From contig SKJB01000111.1 in NCBI GenBank assembly GCA_007116145.1, positions 2,804-66,803 of the forward strand: 64,000 nt of DNA, given 5' to 3'. The DNA is from Limnochordia bacterium. GTDB taxonomy: Bacteria; Bacillota; Limnochordia; Darwinibacteriales; DTU012. Below are positions 57,500 through 64,000 of this stretch, one piece after another. The notes under the pieces are model-generated. The model ran no database searches and had not been told where the DNA came from. It worked only from the letters and a program-made list of their open reading frames with translations. How positions within the stretch are numbered: the stretch's first letter is position 1; each line of letters begins with the position of its first letter. The position numbers were made by a program, and so were the translations under genes.

Positions 57500-58832
57500 T
57501 GATCGCACCAGGCTCAACACGACTTACCTTTTCCTCGAACCCGTTTTTAGCATTAATATAGACAAGGAATTGATCAGCACCTCTGTTTATTCGAAACTCA
57601 TAGACTAAGACTTCTGCAAACGAAGGATTCATAATAACCGCCAGCCTTGATCCGACAATTTCCCCCGTGGCGGTTATTTTTGCCTGAGCTTCTTCGGGTG
57701 TCAATTCTACAACTCGATCCCGCTCTCGCATAAAACTGTAGAAGGCTAGTCCTTGAAATCCCAATATCTCCCCTGTATCCATAGCCACTTGTACCTTAAG
57801 GAGTTGAGGATAAATTAGAATTCCCTCTTCTAGCGGTGCAAAACCGATAATTATCCGGTTTTGTTGCCTCTGATAGGTAACCGCTTCGACAGCAGAGTAG
57901 CTCCGCTCTGCGAGGAATTGCTGCGCATACGCTAGACTTTCCTCGCTTGTTAAGTGAGCTTGGGTCACAATCCGTGGATTCGTCATCCATAGCACTAACC
58001 CTTGCTTCTGCGATACTTCTATCACTATGGGATGCCCATCTATCGTAGGGTTGGCTTGAACTGTAAATGTCTCAATTTGACCTTTACTTTCATTGATAAC
58101 GGAAAGTAGGCGATTGTCACCGAAATCTCCCAAGAAATCCCTAGCTACACTTAAGGCATCTTCTTTGGTAATTTTGCTTCCAGTTAGCAGTGGTCCCTCT
58201 AGACGGTCTAATTCTCCCGGAAAGTCCGAATCAGGAAATCGTTCCATTCCGTCCTCAATCATCATTAAAGATTTCATCAACGGGTGACGACGTCCTGGTT
58301 CAATGTTCGATGAACGGGTAATGGATGTTTGGAAATACTGCTTCCATGACATCCAGTTCATTTCGGATTCCTTCGCAGCTAATTCCTGCTGAATCTCCCC
58401 ATTTAGATATTGAATCTGCTCATAAACATTACCCGCTAGTACCTCACTGGTACCTGATTGACCCCGAATGGCATTACGCGCAAAAATAACTGTCTCATTT
58501 TGGACTTGTGCTAATAGATTCTCAATTCTACTTAAGGTTAGACCACTCACAGGCAGTTGACCTAGATTAGCTTGAGCTGCATATACTAGCCGCAAGATAT
58601 TTGCCCAACTCTCTGCCTTTTGATCGATCGATGATGCTGCATCCGCTTTGGCTACTTCTATTTCTATTCCATTAAGATGAAAAGCCAACTCCCGGAACGC
58701 TCTTTGATAGTAGGCTTCCAACTGCATTTGGTATGCTTGCCGTGTATAAAACTGCCCGATCCCAAAACCTAACAGGAGCAATCCGATACAAAATAACGCA
58801 GCTAACTTGGTTTTACTCATTTTGTCCTTCAT
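57489..58832 (-). CDS. ypeB: germination protein YpeB (PepSY domains, N-terminal membrane anchor)
   Basis: The preferred ATG at 58830-58832 (GAGAGGAGAG RBS) gives MKDKMSKTKLAALFCIGLLLLG. Has the YpeB size and architecture, and lies downstream of a sleB/cwlJ-like gene as in the Bacillus sleB-ypeB operon. Confidence 0.7.
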   Translation of the reverse strand: MKDKMSKTKLAALFCIGLLLLGFGIGQFYTRQAYQMQLEAYYQRAFRELAFHLNGIEIEVAKADAASSIDQKAESWANILRLVYAAQANLGQLPVSGLTLSRIENLLAQVQNETVIFARNAIRGQSGTSEVLAGNVYEQIQYLNGEIQQELAAKESEMNWMSWKQYFQTSITRSSNIEPGRRHPLMKSLMMIEDGMERFPDSDFPGELDRLEGPLLTGSKITKEDALSVARDFLGDFGDNRLLSVINESKGQIETFTVQANPTIDGHPIVIEVSQKQGLVLWMTNPRIVTQAHLTSEESLAYAQQFLAERSYSAVEAVTYQRQQNRIIIGFAPLEEGILIYPQLLKVQVAMDTGEILGFQGLAFYSFMRERDRVVELTPEEAQAKITATGEIVGSRLAVIMNPSFAEVLVYEFRINRGADQFLVYINAKNGFEEKVSRVEPGAITTW

Positions 58833-58887
58833 CTCTCCTCTCGAAACCTGCTCGGAAAGCCAGTCTTCACAAGTTCGATTCGACGCT

Positions 58888-59397
58888 CTAACTAGCGAAA
58901 ATATGCTTTCCAATGGTTGTAAGAACTGGCCTTCGGCGAATCCACTGATTTCTCGTCTTGTTTGGATTGTAAAAATAAAGAGCTCCATTAGATGGATCAA
59001 TACCATTTATGGCCTCAAACGCAGCTTGAATAGCTAATTCATCTGCTTGTTGGTTAATTTGCCCATTCCGCACTACTTGAAAAGCTAACGGTTCATACAC
59101 AACACCAGCAATTGTATTGGGAAACTCGGGATGATCTATCCGATTAAGAATCACGGCAGCCACAGCTACCATTCCTTCATACGGCTCACCTCTAGATTCG
59201 GAAAATACGGCTCTTGCTAATAGGTCTAATTCATTATCCTTTGCTGTAATTCTCGGTCGCTGATCCCTTTCTGTATCTTCGAAAGAATCAGGTTCCTCAG
59301 CAAGACGCTCACCTGGTTGATTTCCAATTATCACAATCGATAACCCAATTAGTAACACTAGCAAAACAACAAGAAAATACTTAACTGTCTGTTTCAT
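58888..59397 (-). CDS. sleB: spore cortex-lytic enzyme, SleB/CwlJ-family hydrolase domain with N-terminal TM anchor
   Basis: 169 aa; the Hydrolase_2 (SleB/CwlJ) core is present (LLARAVFSESRGEPYEGMVAVAAVILNR...GALYFYNP). It lacks the N-terminal peptidoglycan-binding domain of canonical SleB. Confidence 0.7.
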   Translation of the reverse strand: MKQTVKYFLVVLLVLLIGLSIVIIGNQPGERLAEEPDSFEDTERDQRPRITAKDNELDLLARAVFSESRGEPYEGMVAVAAVILNRIDHPEFPNTIAGVVYEPLAFQVVRNGQINQQADELAIQAAFEAINGIDPSNGALYFYNPNKTRNQWIRRRPVLTTIGKHIFAS

Positions 59398-59508
59398 AAA
59401 AGCACCACCTTAGGTAAATAAATCCTATATTTAGCAGGAGAATCAAAGTATAATCCAGAAATTCATAGAGTAATTTTTATAAACATTTCTTCTACCTGTC
59501 AAACACAA

Positions 59509-59526
59509 GTGAGTAGACTAACTCAC
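59509..59526. promoter_or_regulatory. inverted repeat GTGAGT-N6-ACTCAC upstream of the RND pump gene (possible operator)
   Basis: Perfect 6-bp IR about 45 nt upstream of the ATG at 59572. Confidence 0.25.
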
Positions 59527-59571
59527 AGTCATAGCACTACTACTGATTACAATCAAGGAGGATTTATCCTA

Positions 59572-62500
59572 ATGCATCACCTTTCTGTTCTCGCTGTACG
59601 ACGCCCTGTGGCTATTACCGTCATTATTCTTGTTATTCTATTATTTGGAGTTATCTCCGTCCAGCGCATTGGCGTTGACCTTTTGCCAGAATTTAACCTG
59701 CCTGTGGCTGCGATTGTCACTGCGTATCCTAGTGCCCAAGCGGAAATGGTTGAACAGGAAATAACTATTCCTATTGAGAATGCCTTAGCTAGTGTCAGTG
59801 GGATAACGCGTGTAGATTCCTATAGTATGGAAAATGTATCGGCGATAATCATCCAGATGGAATGGAATACAAACATGCTAGAAGCATTGGACATCGTCCG
59901 CTCAAGTCTAGCACAAGTCGCCTTCCAACTGCCTTCCGATGCACAACCGCCAGTTGTTGCCCGTATTGATCCTAATGAATCGCCACTCATGATTGTGGGT
60001 GTATCTGCTGATACTCTGACAGATTTAGAGTTAGCGACAAAATTAAAACGTCTGCGTCCGCAACTTGAGCAAATTCAAGGTGTCGCTGAAGTTGGACTCC
60101 TCGGTGCAAGGCAAGAGGAAATACAAGTTTTATTTGAGCCCGAAAGCCTCGATCAAATGAATTTATCAGTAGCCATACTTGAGCAACTCATAAACTTTCA
60201 AAATCTAATTGTCCCAGGTGGATCAGTAACAGATGATGAGAGACGTTATAATCTTAGAACCGGAAATAGGATTACTAGTGTGGAAGAACTCGGCGACTTA
60301 GTGATTGGGCAAAAGGCTAGTAACGGCATTTTAAATTTTGGTGGTCTGATTCCCTCTGTAATCCGCCTATCTGATGTAGCAGCCATCGACCAAGTTGTTC
60401 AGGTTCAACACGGTATCACGCGCTTAAATGGCTCTGATACCGTGTTACTAAGGATTATGCGCCAATCAGGAGCGAATACAGTTCAAATTGCATCACAGGT
60501 TCATAAGACTTTGGCTGAATTAGGCAAGGAGCACCCAGAACTGACATTTATCCCTCTCCTTGATCAATCGAGTTTCATTGTCCATTCCATAACAGGTCTA
60601 ATCTTTAATGGTTTTATTGGAGCGTTATTAGCGCTACTCGTCTTATACTTCTTTTTACGCAATGTCCGAAGCTTATTAGTCATTAGTGTGGCTATTCCTA
60701 TCTCAATTATTGCTAGTTTTATAATGGTATATTTCGGAAATCTTAGTCTCAACCTCATGACCTTAGGAGGATTAGCTCTTGGAGCTGGGATGTTAGTTGA
60801 TTCTTCTATTGTTGTTTTGGAAAACATTTATCGTCACCGTATTGAAGGTAAAGATCCGATTCTGGCTGCAGAGTTTGGGAGTAAGGAAATTGCCTCCGCA
60901 ATCATCGCATCGACGACTACAACCTTAGCTGTTTTTTTACCTGTTGTTTATATGCAAAGTATTGCTGGCGAACTTTTTAAGGAACTAGGCTTAACTGTTT
61001 CCTTTTCTCTCCTAGCCTCCCTGTTCGTAGCTCTAACAGTGGTACCGATGCTAACAGCCCGAGTTTTTACCATCAAATCAGAAACCATCGGATCGGGCTA
61101 TAGTCCAAAATTCCGTAAGTTCCAGGCGTGGTATGAAGCCCAATTACGCAATGCTATAGGGCATCGTGGTATTGTCATGGGGCTTGTACTAGTCACACTT
61201 GTCATAGCAGCTACTATTTATCCACTCTTAGGGGAAGAGTTTCTTCCGATAATGGATGAAAACACTATTGGTGTCCAATTAGTTTTACCAGCTGGAATTC
61301 CTATTAATCGTACGAAACAAATGTTAATCGATTTAGAGCAAGACTTACTAAACGTTCCTGAAATCCAAGCAATGACGACTCAAGCTGGCAACCAAGGGGC
61401 TTCTGATCTTGTCTCACAAATCTATGGAGCCGATTTATACAGTGCAGATTTGCAGATTTCCCTCAAACCTAAAAATGCGAGATCACGTTCAAGTTGGGAA
61501 ATCTCTAATGAAATTCGGGAAATCGCTTTGCATCATAATGTAATCCGCGTGAACTTATTAGGTTCCTCCCTGTTCGGATCAGCCGCAGCTTTACTAACAC
61601 CGCAGTTGCTAATTGAAGTACGTGGGGAACAGTGGGATAAACTAAATGCAATTCTTGATGAAGTGATCGCAAAACTAGCCGCTAATCCGGGTTATACGCA
61701 GATCGAAAGTTCACAAACACAAGTAATACACGATTTATTCTTACAGGTACAACCAGCACGCAGTATTCTCGGCGGACTCACAGCCGGACAAGTAGGATTA
61801 GCTGTACGCCAAGCTACCATGGGCATTAAGGCAACCGACATCTACATTGATGGAACCAGCATGCCCGTGGTATTGCGACCGACTGGAGAACCTAATACGT
61901 TTGCTGGGCTACTCGATTCATCGATAGTATCGCCCGTTCCCATCAATGGTCTAGGCGATAAACCTGTTCGTCTTGAACAGATTGTTGAAGCACAAATTCA
62001 ACCCGCATCCCCTTCGATCCAGCGAACAAATAGACGGCGAGTTATGAACATAATTGGTCAGCTTGATGCAAATACAGATTTATCTACAGCAGCCAGGGAA
62101 GCAACACAGGTTATTTCGGAGATCGACCTTCCTCCAGGTTACACTGTGGAAATAGGAGGGCTCTATCAAGTCATCGACGATTCGAAACAGGATATGTTTC
62201 TGGCACTAGGATTAGCAGTCCTTTTAGTCTATCTCGTAATGGCAGCCCAATTTGAGTCGTTTCTCTATCCACTCTGTATAATGTGTTCTGTCCCATTAGC
62301 AGGTATCGGTGCACTTCTAGCCCTCTGGATTACAGGATTAAAAATAAGTGTGACTGCCTTGATTGGTGTCATCATTCTAGCGGGTATTGTGGTGAATAAT
62401 GCAATTGTACTCGTTGATTACATTAATCTGCAAAGACGCCGTGGTTTGACTGTGAATGAAGCAGTTATCAGAGCATGTATGGTACGTGTAAGACCAATAC

Positions 62501-62724
62501 TAATGACAGCAGCTACTACCGTTTTAGGACTACTCCCTATGGCCTTCGGTTTGGGTGAAGGTAGCGAAATTACAATTCCTTTAGCCGTTACAGTGATCGG
62601 TGGACTACTATCGTCAACGATATTAACACTCTTTGTTATTCCTGTCATTTATACATTTACAGCCCAACTATTTCACGGACACCAAGCAAAAAACCTTGTA
62701 GCTACCACATTAGAAGAAAATTAG
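59572..62724 (+). CDS. RND-family efflux transporter (AcrB/AcrD/AcrF-like, 12-TM with two large loops)
   Basis: About 1050 aa. The ATG at 59572 is preceded by AAGGAGG at 10-nt spacing; the six-frame ORF begins at 59509 in the same frame. N-terminal HHLSVLAVRRPVAITVIILVILLFG matches the RND TM1 pattern; the topology is typical of AcrB. Confidence 0.85.
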   Translation: MHHLSVLAVRRPVAITVIILVILLFGVISVQRIGVDLLPEFNLPVAAIVTAYPSAQAEMVEQEITIPIENALASVSGITRVDSYSMENVSAIIIQMEWNTNMLEALDIVRSSLAQVAFQLPSDAQPPVVARIDPNESPLMIVGVSADTLTDLELATKLKRLRPQLEQIQGVAEVGLLGARQEEIQVLFEPESLDQMNLSVAILEQLINFQNLIVPGGSVTDDERRYNLRTGNRITSVEELGDLVIGQKASNGILNFGGLIPSVIRLSDVAAIDQVVQVQHGITRLNGSDTVLLRIMRQSGANTVQIASQVHKTLAELGKEHPELTFIPLLDQSSFIVHSITGLIFNGFIGALLALLVLYFFLRNVRSLLVISVAIPISIIASFIMVYFGNLSLNLMTLGGLALGAGMLVDSSIVVLENIYRHRIEGKDPILAAEFGSKEIASAIIASTTTTLAVFLPVVYMQSIAGELFKELGLTVSFSLLASLFVALTVVPMLTARVFTIKSETIGSGYSPKFRKFQAWYEAQLRNAIGHRGIVMGLVLVTLVIAATIYPLLGEEFLPIMDENTIGVQLVLPAGIPINRTKQMLIDLEQDLLNVPEIQAMTTQAGNQGASDLVSQIYGADLYSADLQISLKPKNARSRSSWEISNEIREIALHHNVIRVNLLGSSLFGSAAALLTPQLLIEVRGEQWDKLNAILDEVIAKLAANPGYTQIESSQTQVIHDLFLQVQPARSILGGLTAGQVGLAVRQATMGIKATDIYIDGTSMPVVLRPTGEPNTFAGLLDSSIVSPVPINGLGDKPVRLEQIVEAQIQPASPSIQRTNRRRVMNIIGQLDANTDLSTAAREATQVISEIDLPPGYTVEIGGLYQVIDDSKQDMFLALGLAVLLVYLVMAAQFESFLYPLCIMCSVPLAGIGALLALWITGLKISVTALIGVIILAGIVVNNAIVLVDYINLQRRRGLTVNEAVIRACMVRVRPILMTAATTVLGLLPMAFGLGEGSEITIPLAVTVIGGLLSSTILTLFVIPVIYTFTAQLFHGHQAKNLVATTLEEN

Positions 62725-62757
62725 AAAGCGAACCAGCATATAGATGCTGGTTCGCTT

Positions 62758-63096
62758 TTACTCCGATTTATATACTAATTGGTCTAGTTTTTCTACTAGA
62801 GTGGCTCTATTCTGCACACCCACCAACGTCTCAACAGCTTTTCCACCCTTAAACAACATGATCGTAGGTATACTCATGATCCCATACTCACCCGCTAACT
62901 CAGTCACTTGATCAATATTGACTTTGGCAATCCTAACCCTACTCGCATAATCATGGGCCAGCTCCTCAATAAGGGGGGCCAATTGCCTACAAGGTCCACA
63001 CCATTCTGCCCAAAAGTCCACCAAGGCAGGCTCTTTACTACGGATAATCTGCTCCTGAAAACTTGCTTCTGTTACCTCTAATACATTCGTTGCCAT
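62758..63096 (-). CDS. trxA: thioredoxin
   Basis: 112 aa; WCGPC active site. Confidence 0.85.
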   Translation of the reverse strand: MATNVLEVTEASFQEQIIRSKEPALVDFWAEWCGPCRQLAPLIEELAHDYASRVRIAKVNIDQVTELAGEYGIMSIPTIMLFKGGKAVETLVGVQNRATLVEKLDQLVYKSE

Positions 63097-63350
63097 TACT
63101 CATTTCCTCCCACTTTCTTGCGTTTCATGAAGTACGGACTCGGAAATCTCCTCCAGCGTACGGAAGTTATCCCGACAAAGGACAAGCCTAAAAACAAAGA
63201 CAACTGATCAGCAAGAACGAAACCCAAATTAGCTAACAGTCCTGTAAGCCCCGCAGCTACAGCAAAAACCTTCAAGTAAACTCCAACACCGCAATAACCG
63301 CCAACTACGAGCATCAAACCCAAGTAATACCAGATCATATCGAATGTCAC
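63096..63350 (-). CDS. small hydrophobic membrane protein (hypothetical, 84 aa)
   Basis: Two predicted TM helices; stop overlaps the trxA start. Confidence 0.4.
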   Translation of the reverse strand: MTFDMIWYYLGLMLVVGGYCGVGVYLKVFAVAAGLTGLLANLGFVLADQLSLFLGLSFVGITSVRWRRFPSPYFMKRKKVGGNE

Positions 63351-63442
63351 TACTATTTCACCACATTTACCCAGAATTTCCAGTTCTCTGCTAGCTTATG
63401 CGAATCGAGCCTGGGATATACTACTAAAATGAGGTGAGTAAA

Positions 63443-64000
63443 ATGAATACATGGTTTATGCGCTATAAGTTCACGATGTTAGCCCTTATGAGCCTTTTCC
63501 TGCTCCCACTCGTAGTGGTATTTTTGCGAGGTTTCGCAACAGTGAGAGAATTTGAGGAACAACGCCCCATGGAAGCAGCAACAATTCTTGATCGCCACGG
63601 AAACATGGTCACATCCTTAGGAGATACAGGCGGCTATGTTCCGATGGAAGAAATCCCCCAGAGCCTGTTAGACGCAATCGTTGCTGTTGAAGATAGTCGT
63701 TTCTACAGTCATAGAGGAATCGACATCATAGGTGTAGCCCGTGCTTTCTTAGTCAATTTAAGAGCCAGGAAAACGATTCAGGGTGCTAGTACCATAACAC
63801 AACAACTAGCAAAGAATATGTTTTTAACACCTGCCCGCACCTATGCCCGCAAATTCGAAGAACTAGCCTTAGCTGTCATGCTAGAAATGCGCTATTCAAA
63901 AGATCAAATTCTAGAACTCTATCTTAATACTATTTACTATGGAGAAGGAGCTTGGGGTATTGACAGTGCTGCACGCAGTTACTTTGGCAAGTCGACAAGT
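63443..64000 (+). CDS. penicillin-binding protein, N-terminal GT51 transglycosylase domain; partial, runs off the window end
   Basis: GAGGTGAG RBS; TM anchor followed by GT51 motifs EDSRFYSHRGID, TITQQLAKN and RKFEE. Confidence 0.8.
   Translation, partial: MNTWFMRYKFTMLALMSLFLLPLVVVFLRGFATVREFEEQRPMEAATILDRHGNMVTSLGDTGGYVPMEEIPQSLLDAIVAVEDSRFYSHRGIDIIGVARAFLVNLRARKTIQGASTITQQLAKNMFLTPARTYARKFEELALAVMLEMRYSKDQILELYLNTIYYGEGAWGIDSAARSYFGKSTS

Overview
This is a 64-kb chromosomal segment from a low-GC, endospore-forming Firmicute. Sporulation markers include spore photoproduct lyase, a sleB/cwlJ-like gene next to ypeB, a CwlD-like amidase, and cdaA-cdaR-glmM. The segment is densely coding, with about 60 CDS mostly on the minus strand; most of these are conserved housekeeping genes. 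Recognised genes include acpS, glmM, cdaAR, glnA, nadE, prs, deoC, an M16 peptidase pair, addAB, queG, tyrA, rnhA, tex, ppiB, splB, two tandem signal peptidases, trxA, an RND pump and the start of a PBP. No rRNA, tRNA, CRISPR array or intact mobile element was seen.

The features most worth a second look are these. (1) A putatively LexA-regulated mutagenesis cassette, made of a catalytically dead Y-family ImuB-like gene followed by an error-prone DnaE2-type polymerase. The ImuB-like frame is interrupted at an A5 run, and a conserved-looking Trp-rich reading frame with no ATG continues in the +1 frame up to the dnaE2 start. (2) Two paralogous genes of the archaeal-type ADP-dependent sugar kinase family, which is part of the ribokinase superfamily. 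(3) A roughly 125-nt perfectly nested palindrome between addB and a Cof-type hydrolase gene. (4) A decayed toxin-antitoxin islet between queG and tyrA, together with two tandem diverged about 690-aa lipoprotein paralogs. The islet contains a truncated PIN gene, a chimeric ORF joining a Phd/YefM-like N-terminal part to a Uma2-like N-terminus, and a DUF86/HepT-like gene. (5) A Ski2/HelY-like DSHCT helicase, and a compact AddB that lacks an N-terminal Walker A motif.

No single coherent novel system could be established from sequence alone. All family assignments rest on motif recognition by eye and should be confirmed with HMM or BLAST searches.
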